In this document: positions 1 through 9,484 of the stretch, one piece after another | Position numbering within the stretch: position 1 is the first letter of the stretch | Layout: the number at the start of each line of letters is the position of its first letter | Source: Dehalococcoidia bacterium | GTDB lineage: Bacteria; Chloroflexota; Dehalococcoidia; Tepidiformales; Tepidiformaceae | Assembly (NCBI GenBank): GCA_022824925.1 | Contig: JAJDYW010000018.1 | Location: forward strand, 35-64,034 | Length of the DNA: 64,000 bases | Direction: 5' to 3' | The notes under the pieces: model-generated | Databases searched by the model: none | What the model saw: the letters and a program-made list of their open reading frames with translations, nothing else | Told to the model about the DNA's origin: nothing | Program-made: the position numbers and the translations under genes

Positions 1-276
1 CGCGCCCCTGGCATCGGCGCCGGCGCCGCCGTCGAGCTGGCCGTCAACGCCGCCCTGCCCGTCGCCCTGGGCGCCGGCCTCTGGCCAGAGCCGGAAACGC
101 TCGATCGCTTCCGCGCCCTGCCCGCGCCCGCTCCCTACGGCCAGCTCCGCCCCCTCGCGGGCTGGCTCCGCGGCGAGGCCGATCCACTCGCCCGCGCCGC
201 CGCCCTCCAGGGCGCCCTCCGCCTCCATGCCCGCCACTGCTCGCGTGGCGGCTGCGGCTCCTGCCCCCTCTCCTGA
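1..276 (+). CDS. partial CDS (5' end outside window); C-terminus resembles DUF2851-family proteins
   Basis: Frame 1 is open from base 1 to TGA 274-276. The tail ...LQGALRLHARHCSRGGCGSCPLS has a C-x4-C-x2-C ending. It is absent from the ORF track because there is no start codon in the window. Confidence 0.35.
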   Translation, partial: RAPGIGAGAAVELAVNAALPVALGAGLWPEPETLDRFRALPAPAPYGQLRPLAGWLRGEADPLARAAALQGALRLHARHCSRGGCGSCPLS

Positions 277-372
277 TCCCCGCGCCCCGCCCGGAAACGT
301 GCGGGATTCGTCCCGGCGGGGGAGAATAGCGCGCGCGGCCCCTCCCCACCCGTTCGCCGCCGAGGAACGCCC

Positions 373-1788
373 ATGCCGACCATCGCCGAGAAGATCTGGG
401 AAGAGCACCTCGTCCGCCGCGAGGAAGGCCTCCCGGACCTCCTCTACATCGACCTCCACCTCGTCCACGAGGTCACCTCCCCCCAGGCCTTCGAGTCCCT
501 GCGACTGGCGGGCCGGCCCGTGCGCCGCCCCGACCGCACCCTCGCCACCGTCGACCACAACGTGCCCACCGAGGGCCGCGACCGCCCCTGGGATGACCCC
601 CTCTCCATCCAGCAGGTCGAGACCCTGCGCTCCAACTGCGCCGAGTTCGAGGTGCCCTTCTACGACATCGACGACCCCCGCCAGGGCATCGTCCACGTCG
701 TCGGACCCGAGCAGGGCCTGAGCCAGCCCGGCATGACCATCGTCTGCGGCGATAGCCACACCTCCACGCACGGCGCCCTCGGCGCCCTCGCCTTCGGCAT
801 CGGCACCTCCGAGGTCGAGCACGTCCTCGCCACCCAGACCCTCCCCCAGGCCGCCCAGAACACCATGGCCATCGAGGTCGACGGCGAGCTCGCTCCCGGC
901 GTCACCGCCAAGGACGTCATCCTCACCATCATCAACACGATCGGCGTCGGCGGCGGCACCGGCCACATCGTCGAGTACCGCGGCGAGGTCATTCGCGCCC
1001 TCCCCATGGAGGGGCGCATGACCATCTGCAACATGAGCATCGAGGCGGGCGCCCGCGCCGGCCTCGTCGCCCCCGACGACACCACCTTCGCCTACCTCGA
1101 GGGACGCCCCGCCAGCCCCGCCGGGGCCGCCTGGGAGCGGGCCCTCGACCACTGGCGCGGCCTCGCCACGGACGAGGGCGCCCACTTCGACACGACCGTC
1201 GCCCTCGACGGCGCCGACATCGAGCCCTGCGTCACCTGGGGCACGAACCCCGCCCAGAGCGTGCCCGTCTCCGGGCGCGTCCCCGACCCCGCCGCCGCCG
1301 CCAGCGAGGCCGCCCGCGAGCAGACCGAGCGCGCCCTCCGCTACATGGACCTCGATGCCGGCACGGCTCTCGCCGACATCCCGCTCGATCGCGTCTTCAT
1401 CGGTTCCTGCACCAACTCCCGGCTCGAGGACCTGCGCGCCGCCGCCGCCACCGTGCGCGGCCGCACGGTCGCCTCCGGCGTGCGTGCCATGGTCGTGCCC
1501 GGCAGCGGCCTCGTGAAGGCCGCCGCCGAGGCCGAGGGCCTCGACGAGGTCTTCCGCGCCGCCGGCTTCGAGTGGCGCGACGCCGGCTGCTCCATGTGCC
1601 TCGGCATGAACCCCGACATCCTCCTCCCCGGCGAGCGCTGCGCCTCCACCTCGAACCGCAACTTCGAGGGGCGCCAGGGACCGGGGGGACGCACCCACCT
1701 CGTGAGCCCCCAGATGGCGGCGGCCGCCGCCGTCACCGGCCACTTCGTCGATGTCCGCGACTGGGAGATGCGCCATGCCTCATCCTGA
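373..1788 (+). CDS. leuC: 3-isopropylmalate dehydratase large subunit
   Basis: 471-aa ORF with aconitase-family motifs ([33 protein letters not shown]). GAGGAA lies upstream of the ATG. leuD follows. Confidence 0.95.
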   Translation: MPTIAEKIWEEHLVRREEGLPDLLYIDLHLVHEVTSPQAFESLRLAGRPVRRPDRTLATVDHNVPTEGRDRPWDDPLSIQQVETLRSNCAEFEVPFYDIDDPRQGIVHVVGPEQGLSQPGMTIVCGDSHTSTHGALGALAFGIGTSEVEHVLATQTLPQAAQNTMAIEVDGELAPGVTAKDVILTIINTIGVGGGTGHIVEYRGEVIRALPMEGRMTICNMSIEAGARAGLVAPDDTTFAYLEGRPASPAGAAWERALDHWRGLATDEGAHFDTTVALDGADIEPCVTWGTNPAQSVPVSGRVPDPAAAASEAAREQTERALRYMDLDAGTALADIPLDRVFIGSCTNSRLEDLRAAAATVRGRTVASGVRAMVVPGSGLVKAAAEAEGLDEVFRAAGFEWRDAGCSMCLGMNPDILLPGERCASTSNRNFEGRQGPGGRTHLVSPQMAAAAAVTGHFVDVRDWEMRHASS

Positions 1789-1881
1789 GGAAGCCTTCCC
1801 GATGAGCAGGCTTGCAAGGCCAAAACGGGGACGCGCCTGCATGAGCACCTGCGGCAGGAGTGGCAACGAGGGGGCGCCAGC

Positions 1882-2493
1882 ATGAGAAAATTCGAGACCG
1901 TCCGCAGCAAGGCGCTTCCCCTCAACCGCGCCGACGTCGACACCGACCAGATCATCCCCGCCAAGTACCTCAAGCGGATCGAGCGCAGCGGCTTCGGCGA
2001 GTTCCTCTTCGACGACTGGCGCAAGGACCCCGCATTCGTCCTCAACGAAGGCGTCTTCGAGGGCTCGCGCATCCTCGTCGCGGGCGACAACTTCGGTTGC
2101 GGCTCCTCTCGCGAGCACGCCCCCTGGGCCCTCGAGGACTACGGCTTCCGCGCCCTCATCGCCCCCTCCTTCGCCGACATCTTCCGCAACAACTGCGCCA
2201 AGATCGGCCTCCTCACCATTACCCTCGCCCCCGAGGACGTCGAGTTCCTCATCGCCCGCGCCGAGGAGCTGCCCGAGGCCGAGACCATCGTCGATCTCGA
2301 GTCCCAGACGGTCGCCACCGCCGACGGCGCCTTCGTGCGCTCCTTCGAGATCGACCCCGCGGTGAAGCGCAACCTGCTGGAGGGGCTCGACGCCATCGGC
2401 CTCACCCTCCAGCACGAGGACGACATCGCCGCCTTCGAGGAGGCCCGCCCCGACCGCTACCCCTCCACCGCCCCCGGGGAGCCGCCGGCGTGA
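1882..2493 (+). CDS. leuD: 3-isopropylmalate dehydratase small subunit
   Basis: 203-aa ORF with the GDNFGCGSSREHAPWAL swivel-domain motif, downstream of leuC. Confidence 0.95.
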   Translation: MRKFETVRSKALPLNRADVDTDQIIPAKYLKRIERSGFGEFLFDDWRKDPAFVLNEGVFEGSRILVAGDNFGCGSSREHAPWALEDYGFRALIAPSFADIFRNNCAKIGLLTITLAPEDVEFLIARAEELPEAETIVDLESQTVATADGAFVRSFEIDPAVKRNLLEGLDAIGLTLQHEDDIAAFEEARPDRYPSTAPGEPPA

Positions 2494-2718
2494 GCCGCCG
2501 CGGCCGCCACCCCCGCCCCAGCCCCGTCGCGTACTGGCGGAACTGGTACCACTCCACCGTCGCCTTCATGGGGCGCACCCGGATCGCCGCCGGCAACCAC
2601 TGGATCAAGCTCCGGCGCCTCGACAGTTGCTGTGGGAACTACGGCCAACCGGGCTGCTGAGCGCCCGCCCCGCCGTCCGGTACGGACGGTGACGGCGCTT
2701 CCCCCTCCTGAGGCGGCC

Positions 2719-3426
2719 GTGCCCGACTTGCCGGACGTGGCCATCGAGGTCCACACCCGGCTGCCGCCGCAGCCCCTGCCCCCGAACCGCTTCCGCTTCC
2801 CCGACCCGAGGAACGCGCCTGCCGGCGGCTTCGTCGCCGCCGGCGGCGATCTTGCCCCCCAGACGATCGTGGCCGCCTACCGTGCTGGCCTCTTCCCCTG
2901 GCCCCACGACGGCGTCGACACCCTCTGGTGGTCCCCCGACCCCCGCGCCATCCTCCGCCCCGACCGCTTCCACGTCTCCCGGCGCCTCGCCCGGCGCCTG
3001 CGCCAGGCCCGCTTCCGCGTCACCTTCGATGCCGCCTTCGCGCAGGTCATCGCCGCCTGCGCCGTGCGCCCCGAGGGCACCTGGATCACCCCCGGCATGA
3101 TGCGCGCCTACCTGCGCCTCCACACCCTCGGCTGGGCCCACAGCGTCGAGGTCTGGAATCCGGAGGGCGCCCTCATGGGCGGCCTCTACGGGCTCCGCGT
3201 GGACGGCCTCTTCGGCGCCGAGTCGATGTTCCACCGCGCCACCGACGCCTCCAAGATCGCGCTCTTCGCCCTCGCCCGCCTTGCCCCCCGTGCCGGTATC
3301 TCCCTCATCGATGTGCAGCTCCCGACCCCCCACCTCGAGTCTCTCGGCTGCGAGCCGGTCCCCCGTGATCGCTACCTCGAGCTCGTGGCCGCCGTCGCGC
3401 GCGCCCCTTCACCGGGCAGCCGGTAG
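2719..3426 (+). CDS. aat: leucyl/phenylalanyl-tRNA--protein transferase
   Basis: Motifs AYRAGLFPWP, WWSPDPRAIL and GAESMFH. GTG 2719 is preceded by GAGG. The ORF track's ATG 2632 is an alternative start but adds a Pro/Arg-rich extension. Confidence 0.8.
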   Translation: MPDLPDVAIEVHTRLPPQPLPPNRFRFPDPRNAPAGGFVAAGGDLAPQTIVAAYRAGLFPWPHDGVDTLWWSPDPRAILRPDRFHVSRRLARRLRQARFRVTFDAAFAQVIAACAVRPEGTWITPGMMRAYLRLHTLGWAHSVEVWNPEGALMGGLYGLRVDGLFGAESMFHRATDASKIALFALARLAPRAGISLIDVQLPTPHLESLGCEPVPRDRYLELVAAVARAPSPGSR

Positions 3427-3435
3427 ACTCGCGGC

Positions 3436-4530
3436 ATGCCTTCCTACCCGATTCTCCTTGCACCCGGCGACGGCATCGGCCCCGAGGTCCTCGAAGAAGG
3501 GCTCAAGGTGCTCGGCGCCGTCGAGCGCCGCTTCGGCCACGAGTTCCAGTACGTGAACGCCCTGGTCGGCGGCGCCGCCATCGACGAGTACGGCATCGCC
3601 CTTCGCGATGAGACGCTCGATGCCGCCTCCCGCTCCCGCGCCGTCCTCTTCGGCGCCGTGGGCGGCCCCAAATGGGACGACCCCCAGGCTTCCGTCCGTC
3701 CCGAGCAGGCCATCCTCGGCCTGCGCAAGGGCCTCGGGCTCTTCGCCAACATCCGCCCCGTGCGCGTCAACCCCCTCCTCCTCGCCGACAGCGCCATCAA
3801 GCCCGAGGTGCTCGAGGGCGTCGACATGGTCGTCATCCGTGAGCTCACCGGCGGCATCTACTTCGGCAAGCCCCAGAAGCGCTGGACCAACACCCGCGGC
3901 CGCCAGGCGGTCGACACCATGCGCTACAGCGAACGCGAGATCGAGCGCATCCTCCGAACCGGCTTCGAGCTCGCCCGCGGGCGACGCCGCAAGCTCACCA
4001 GCGTGGACAAGGCCAACGTCCTCGATACCAGCCGCATCTGGCGCGAGATCGCCACCGAGCTCGCCGCCGACTACCCCGATGTCGAGCTCGAGCACGTCCT
4101 CGTTGACGCCTGCGCCATGCACCTCATTACCCACCCCGCCACCTTCGACGTGATCGTGACCGGCAACATGTTCGGCGACATCCTCACCGACGAGGCCTCC
4201 GTCCTCGCCGGCTCCATGGGCATGCTCCCCTCCGCCAGCCTCGGCCGCCGCCGCCGCAACGGAACCGGCATTGGTATGTACGAGCCCATCCACGGCACCG
4301 CCCCCGATATCGCCGGACGGGGCATCGCCAATCCCATCGCCATGATCCTCAGCGTCGCCCTCATGCTGCGCCTTTCCCTCGCGCTCGAGGAGGAGGCCGC
4401 CGCCATCGAGCGGGCCGTCGATGACGTCCTCGCCGAGGGCTACCGCACCGCCGATATCGAGGCCGGAGGCGCCACCACCGTCGACACCGCGCGCATGGGC
4501 GCGCTCATCGCCGAGCGCCTCGCTCCCTGA
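3436..4530 (+). CDS. leuB: 3-isopropylmalate dehydrogenase
   Basis: 364-aa ORF with [26 protein letters not shown] and the [13 protein letters not shown] signature. Confidence 0.95.
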   Translation: MPSYPILLAPGDGIGPEVLEEGLKVLGAVERRFGHEFQYVNALVGGAAIDEYGIALRDETLDAASRSRAVLFGAVGGPKWDDPQASVRPEQAILGLRKGLGLFANIRPVRVNPLLLADSAIKPEVLEGVDMVVIRELTGGIYFGKPQKRWTNTRGRQAVDTMRYSEREIERILRTGFELARGRRRKLTSVDKANVLDTSRIWREIATELAADYPDVELEHVLVDACAMHLITHPATFDVIVTGNMFGDILTDEASVLAGSMGMLPSASLGRRRRNGTGIGMYEPIHGTAPDIAGRGIANPIAMILSVALMLRLSLALEEEAAAIERAVDDVLAEGYRTADIEAGGATTVDTARMGALIAERLAP

Positions 4531-4538
4531 ACGAACCG

Positions 4539-4566
4539 CCTACCAACGCCCTGCCGAGTTGGTAGG
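4539..4566 (+). terminator. 9-bp perfect hairpin after leuB (CCTACCAAC-N10-GTTGGTAGG), no U-tract
   Basis: Inverted repeat read directly 9 nt after the leuB stop. The lack of a T-run makes terminator function uncertain. Confidence 0.3.
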
Positions 4567-4648
4567 ATAGAGCGGCTGTTTGAGGCACTCACCGGGGCGC
4601 ACAGGCGCGCCGCATCCCGCATCCCGCCTACGAGAGCGAGGTTCCCCC

Positions 4649-5812
4649 GTGACCACTCCCGAGATCCAGCGTGGCCTTGAAGGCGTCAATGTCGCCGCCA
4701 CCAACCTCTGCACCATCGATGGCCAGAAGGGCCAGCTCATCTACGCCGGATACGACATCTACGACCTGGCCGAACACGCCTCCTTCGAGGAGGTCGCCTA
4801 CCTCCTCTGGAACCTCCAGCTCCCCACGCGCTCCGAGCTCGATGCCCTCAACGCTCTCCTCATCGAGGAGCGCCCGCTCTCCGATCTGAACCGCACCCTC
4901 ATCGAGGAGCTTGCCGGCAAGTCCCTCCCCATGCGCGCCCTCGAGATCTGCGTGACCGCCCTGGGCGCCCTCGACGCGAAGGCGGAGGACTTCTCCCCCG
5001 AGCAGCTCAGGTGGACGGCCGCCCGCCTTACCGCGCGCATGCCCACCGTCGTCGCCGCCTTCCACCGCCGGCGCCAGGGCCTCGACATCGTGCCCCCGCG
5101 CGACGACCTCGGCCACGCCGCCAACTTCCTCTGGACCCTCCTCGGCGAGGAGCCCACCCCGCTCCAGGCGCAGGTCTTCGATGTCGCCATGACCCTCCAC
5201 GCCGAGCACGAGATGAACGCCTCCACGTTCTCCGCCATCGTCACCGCCTCCACCATGAGCGACATGTACTCGGCCATCGCGTCCGCCATCGGCACCCTCA
5301 AGGGCCCCCTCCACGGCGGCGCCAACAGCGCCGTCTTCGAGATGCTCGAGGCCATCGGCGACGAGTCCAACATCGAGAGCCACATCGAGGCCATGCTCTC
5401 CCGCGGCGAGCGCGTCATGGGCATCGGCCACCGCGTCTACAAGACCACCGACCCGCGCGCCATCATCCTCGAGCGCCTCGGCGAGGAGCTTGCCGGGACC
5501 TCCCCCGACCGCCGCTACTTCGACCTCTCCCGCAAGGTGCGCGACTACCTCGGCGAGCGTCTCAGCGGCCGCCCCCTCTACCCCAACGTCGACTTCTTCA
5601 GCGCCTCCGTCTACCGCATGCTGGGCATCCCCCACGATCTCTACACGCCCATCTTCGCCGTCGCCCGGATCGCCGGCTGGAGCGCGCACCTGCTCGAGCA
5701 GTACGCGGACAACCGCCTTGTGCGGCCCAACGCCGTCTACGCCGGGGAGAAGCACCGCAGCTACGAGCCCATCGACGCTCGTGGCCAGGGCGAGCGCTCT
5801 ACGCCTCGCTGA
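4649..5812 (+). CDS. gltA: citrate synthase
   Basis: Motifs GPLHGGAN and MGIGHRVYKTTDPRA. GTG 4649 is preceded by GAGAGCGAGG. The ORF-track start at 4580 adds an implausible Arg/Pro leader. Confidence 0.9.
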   Translation: MTTPEIQRGLEGVNVAATNLCTIDGQKGQLIYAGYDIYDLAEHASFEEVAYLLWNLQLPTRSELDALNALLIEERPLSDLNRTLIEELAGKSLPMRALEICVTALGALDAKAEDFSPEQLRWTAARLTARMPTVVAAFHRRRQGLDIVPPRDDLGHAANFLWTLLGEEPTPLQAQVFDVAMTLHAEHEMNASTFSAIVTASTMSDMYSAIASAIGTLKGPLHGGANSAVFEMLEAIGDESNIESHIEAMLSRGERVMGIGHRVYKTTDPRAIILERLGEELAGTSPDRRYFDLSRKVRDYLGERLSGRPLYPNVDFFSASVYRMLGIPHDLYTPIFAVARIAGWSAHLLEQYADNRLVRPNAVYAGEKHRSYEPIDARGQGERSTPR

Positions 5813-6488
5813 CCATCTCCTCGTAGCCTTCGTCGCCCTCCTGCACGCGGAGTTCGTCTTCGCGCGCTTCCAGTTCCTCGCGCTCCTCCCGCTGCTCGGC
5901 GCTCTCCTCCAGCAGGCCGCCCTGCGCGTCCACCTCGAACACCGCCTCCCGCGCCTCGCGCACCTGCGCGTACCAGCTCCCTCCCAGGAAGGTGAGCGGG
6001 CTGAAGTTCCGCTCCTCCAGCAGCCAGCGCTCGGCGTAGGCCTCCTCCAGCGCCTGCACGGCCACCACCTCGCCCACGAAGAGCGCGTGGTCGCCCGTCG
6101 GGATCACGTCCCGCAGGCCGCACTCGATCCAGGCCAGCGCCCCGTCCAGCAGCGGCGCGTCCACGCGCAGCGCCGTGAACACGTCCAGCTTGCTGCTCTC
6201 GACCTTGTTCTCGTCGACCCCCGAGCGGCTTCCGAAGTAGGCCGTTTCCCGCAGCAGCTCCGGCCCCGGGATGTTCAGCGCGAACTCCTCGCTGAAGCGG
6301 ATCATGTCCGCCGTGTGCCGCACCGGGTGCAGCACCAGCCCCACCATCGGGGGCGACATCGAGAGGGGCGCCGCCCAGGCCACCGGCGCGGCGTTGGCGT
6401 CGCCGCGCCAGCTCGCCGTCACGATGCTGACCGGTCCCGGATTGAGCATCCTCCGGGCGTCCGTAGGGTCGTAGAGCCGGCGTCCCAC
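5799..6488 (-). CDS. flavin reductase-like FMN-binding domain protein with an acidic C-terminal tail
   Basis: LNPGPVSIVTASW...DHALFVGEVV is typical of the flavin reductase-like domain. The last ~45 aa are Glu/Asp-rich. The 3' end overlaps the gltA 3' end by 14 nt. Confidence 0.75.
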   Translation of the reverse strand: MGRRLYDPTDARRMLNPGPVSIVTASWRGDANAAPVAWAAPLSMSPPMVGLVLHPVRHTADMIRFSEEFALNIPGPELLRETAYFGSRSGVDENKVESSKLDVFTALRVDAPLLDGALAWIECGLRDVIPTGDHALFVGEVVAVQALEEAYAERWLLEERNFSPLTFLGGSWYAQVREAREAVFEVDAQGGLLEESAEQREEREELEAREDELRVQEGDEGYEEMVSEA

Positions 6489-6541
6489 CGTGCTGCTCCT
6501 GGCCTGGGCTCGGGTCTGCGCCCGTTGCGGGCGCGTCTATG

Positions 6542-6958
6542 TTAGCTGCCCCCGACCAACTCCATGACCTGGCCCTGATCCTGGGCGTTCCGGTAGCGGA
6601 TGAACTCCCAGTACTCCAGCAGCTCGTCGATGTCCTGCGGCCGGCGCTCCAGCTCGTGCACCAGGCTCGCGATGCGGCTGTCCTGCACGTACAGGACCAC
6701 GTCCACCGCGCTCAGGAAGTAGTGCAGCGGCCGGTTCAGGATGCGCGCCACGTTCAGCAGCATGTCGATGCCGACCGACCGCTGGCCGGCCTCGTAGAGG
6801 CTGATGGCGCTCTGCGTCGTATTGAGCAGCTGGGCCAGCCGCACCTGGCTCAGGCCCGCGTCCTTGCGCGCCTGCCGGATGCGGCTCCCGAGCACTGCTG
6901 ATGTGGAGTCTTTGCCGTTCTCGCTCACTATGCCCACCATCTCCCCCTGGGAAACCAC
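6542..6958 (-). CDS. XRE-family helix-turn-helix transcriptional regulator
   Basis: HTH segment IRQARKDAGLSQVRLAQLLNTTQSAISLYEAGQRS. The start is uncertain (GTG 6958, or ATG 6940). Confidence 0.8.
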   Translation of the reverse strand: MVSQGEMVGIVSENGKDSTSAVLGSRIRQARKDAGLSQVRLAQLLNTTQSAISLYEAGQRSVGIDMLLNVARILNRPLHYFLSAVDVVLYVQDSRIASLVHELERRPQDIDELLEYWEFIRYRNAQDQGQVMELVGGS

Positions 6959-7056
6959 TCGGCGGCCTCCCCGCTCATCGCGTACGGGGTTGGAAGAGAT
7001 TGTGAAAAAGAGTACAAGTAGGCCCCTCTAACGTCAATGGACCCGTGCCGGCGCCC

Positions 7057-7785
7057 TCACCGGCCCCTCGACAGCCGCTCCGCCAGCGCCTCCGGCAGGC
7101 CTGCTGCCGCCATCCGCCGCTGCGTCTCCCCGATGTCGTACCCCACCCGCCGGTGCGTCACCGTGCCCGCGGACGTGTCGAGCAGCGCGTAGGAGGCGCG
7201 CGAGTCGCCGTCCCGGGGTTGCCCCACCGACCCCGGGTTCACGCACAGCAGCCCCTCCCCCAGCGCCGCCGCCTCCCCCTCCACCGGCGGCACGCCCCGC
7301 ACCCCCTCCTCGTCTCTTCGCACCACCAGGGGCACATGTGTGTGGCCCACGGCGCTGTACGGCGTCTCCTGCTCCGCGAAGTGGCCCTCCGCCGCCTCCA
7401 CCGTGACCAGGTACTCCCGCAGCGGATCGCGCAGCGTCCCGTGCGCGAGACTCCACTCCCCCTCCCGCAACACCTCCCCCAGCCCGCCGAGCACGTCCGC
7501 CGCCTCCGGCTCCAGCACGGAGCGCGTCCACTCCGCCGCCGCTGCCGCCAGCGGGTTGAACCACGCCGTGTCCATCGCCCCCGTCGCGACCGCGTCGTGG
7601 TTGCCCAGCACCGACCGCGCACCCACCTCCGCCAGCCGCGCCACCACCCCGTTCGGGTCCGGCCCGTAGCCGACCGTGTCGCCGAGATTCCAGACCGCCT
7701 CCGCCCCCAGCCCCTCCTCCTCCGCCAGCACGGCGTCGAGCGCCACCAGGTTCGCGTGGACATCCGAGATGAGCGCGATCCGCAC
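7057..7785 (-). CDS. metallophosphoesterase (YfcE/MJ0936-like)
   Basis: Motifs ISDVHAN, LGDTVGYGP, GNHD, GHTH, NPGSVGQPRDGD. Confidence 0.85.
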   Translation of the reverse strand: MRIALISDVHANLVALDAVLAEEEGLGAEAVWNLGDTVGYGPDPNGVVARLAEVGARSVLGNHDAVATGAMDTAWFNPLAAAAAEWTRSVLEPEAADVLGGLGEVLREGEWSLAHGTLRDPLREYLVTVEAAEGHFAEQETPYSAVGHTHVPLVVRRDEEGVRGVPPVEGEAAALGEGLLCVNPGSVGQPRDGDSRASYALLDTSAGTVTHRRVGYDIGETQRRMAAAGLPEALAERLSRGR

Positions 7786-7829
7786 GAGCGCCTCCGCAGG
7801 CCGGCGTGGGGCGCAACCACGCCCCTCCC

Positions 7830-7835
7830 TATACT
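7830..7835 (+). promoter_or_regulatory. -10-like TATACT, 9 nt upstream of the tsaE ATG (leaderless-type arrangement)
   Basis: Hexamer read directly. No Shine-Dalgarno sequence lies between it and ATG 7845. Confidence 0.35.
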
Positions 7836-7844
7836 GGACCAGCC

Positions 7845-8315
7845 ATGACCGCCGCCGTCGAGGCCACCACCGTCACCACCAGTGAGGATGCGACTCGCGC
7901 CCTCGGCGCGCGCCTCGGCGCCCGCCTCCGCGCCGGCGACGTCGTCCTCCTCCAGGGTGACCTCGGCAGTGGCAAGACCCGCCTCGCCCAGGGGATCGGG
8001 CGCGGCCTCGGCTGCCCCGGACCCGTCAACAGCCCCACCTTCGTGCTCGTGAACGAGCACCCCGGACGCGTTCCCCTCTTCCACGCCGACCTCTACCGCC
8101 TCGCCGGCGCGGCCGAGATCTCCGAGCTTGGCCTGTGGGAAGAGGCCGAGCGCGGCGCCCTTGTCGTTGAGTGGCCCGAGCGTGCCGGCGGCGGCCTCCC
8201 CGGGGCCACCCTCACCGTCGAGATCGCCGTGGGCGCCGGCGATGAGCGCACGTTCCGCCTGCGCGCCGGCGATGAACGCGGTCGCGACCTCCTCGCCGCA
8301 ATGGAGCTCGCGTGA
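7845..8315 (+). CDS. tsaE: tRNA t6A37 biosynthesis ATPase TsaE
   Basis: P-loop LQGDLGSGKTRLAQG, SPTFVLV, ADLYRL. ATG 7845 is preferred over GTG 7806. Confidence 0.85.
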   Translation: MTAAVEATTVTTSEDATRALGARLGARLRAGDVVLLQGDLGSGKTRLAQGIGRGLGCPGPVNSPTFVLVNEHPGRVPLFHADLYRLAGAAEISELGLWEEAERGALVVEWPERAGGGLPGATLTVEIAVGAGDERTFRLRAGDERGRDLLAAMELA

Positions 8316-8959
8316 GCGCCGTCCTCGTCATCGATACCGCCTCCCCCGCCTTCGCCCTCGCCCTCGCGCTCGAAGGTGCGACCGGCGAGCCCCCCCGCAT
8401 CGTTGAGAGCGATGCCGACTTCAGCCACGCCGCCCTCCTCGCCGCCGTCGAGCGGGAGCTGCGGGGCGTGCCCCTCGAGGCTGTCGTCGCCGTCTGCGGT
8501 CCGGGCAGCTACTCAGGCCTGCGCGCCGGCATCGCCACCGCCCAGGGGCTCGCCCTCGCGCAGGGTTGTCGCCTCGCGGGTGTTTCAACGCTCGAAGCCG
8601 TCGCCGCCGCCTGCCTCGACCCCGCCGACCCCACCGCGCCCCTCATCGCGGTCCACCCCGCCGGCCGCGGCGCTCTCGCCGCCCAGGACTTCCGCGGCCT
8701 CCACCCAGCCGGCCCCATGCGGATCGCCGCCCCGCACGAACTTCCCGATGCCGTCCTCGCCGGGCAGGGCGCCGGCGCCCTCGGCGGACGCGAGGTGCTC
8801 CCCCGCGAGCGCGCCGCCGCCGCTCTCGACCGCTACCGGGCGGGCGCCCTCGAACCGGTCGCGGAGCTGACCGCCGTCTACCTCCGCGAGCCCAGCGTCA
8901 CCCCGCCCCGCCGACCCTTCGGCCCCGCTAGCGCGCAGGACCGTCTGCCAGCACGATAG
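8312..8959 (+). CDS. tsaB: tRNA t6A37 biosynthesis protein TsaB
   Basis: N-terminal VLVIDTASPAF and the GPGSYSGLRAGIATAQG motif. Its GTG start overlaps the tsaE stop (GTGA). Confidence 0.8.
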   Translation: MSAVLVIDTASPAFALALALEGATGEPPRIVESDADFSHAALLAAVERELRGVPLEAVVAVCGPGSYSGLRAGIATAQGLALAQGCRLAGVSTLEAVAAACLDPADPTAPLIAVHPAGRGALAAQDFRGLHPAGPMRIAAPHELPDAVLAGQGAGALGGREVLPRERAAAALDRYRAGALEPVAELTAVYLREPSVTPPRRPFGPASAQDRLPAR

Positions 8960-8963
8960 CGGC

Positions 8964-9425
8964 ATGGCAACCGAACGCACCCTCGTCCTCGTCAAGCCCG
9001 ACGCCATGCAGCGCGGCCTCGCCGGAACCATCCTCCAGCGCCTGGAGACCCGCGGCCTCCGCCTCATCGGTCTCAAGCTCATGCATGTGGATGAAGACCT
9101 CGCCCGCCGCCACTACGGCGAACACGAAGGCAAGCCCTTCTTCGCCGGCCTTGTCGAGTACATCACCAGCAGCCCCATCATCGCCGCCGTCTTCGAAGGC
9201 GACTCCGCCACCGGCGCCGTCCGCAACAGCGTCGGCGCGACGAACCCCTCGCAGGCCGCCGCCGGCACCATCCGCGGCGACTTCGGCCTCGAGGTCGGCC
9301 GCAATCTCGTCCACGCCAGCGACAGTCCCGAGAGCGGCGAGCGCGAAGTCGGGCTCTTCTTCGGCGCGGACGAGCTCCTTGCGTGGTCTCGCGATACCGA
9401 CCGCTGGATCTCGGAGAACGCCTGA
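8964..9425 (+). CDS. ndk: nucleoside-diphosphate kinase
   Basis: ERTLVLVKPDAMQRGL, GATNP, NLVHASDS. Confidence 0.95.
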   Translation: MATERTLVLVKPDAMQRGLAGTILQRLETRGLRLIGLKLMHVDEDLARRHYGEHEGKPFFAGLVEYITSSPIIAAVFEGDSATGAVRNSVGATNPSQAAAGTIRGDFGLEVGRNLVHASDSPESGEREVGLFFGADELLAWSRDTDRWISENA

Positions 9426-9484
9426 CCGCGCGCAACGCAATCGCCCCGTATGCTGACCCCCACCCCACACCGATCGGAGCACCC

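Noticed and set aside
277-372. Possible leader/attenuator or T-box upstream of leuC
   Set aside because: There is only an imperfect GC hairpin (285-321), with no T-box motif and no U-tract. A GAGGAA ribosome-binding site is directly upstream of leuC. The evidence is insufficient.
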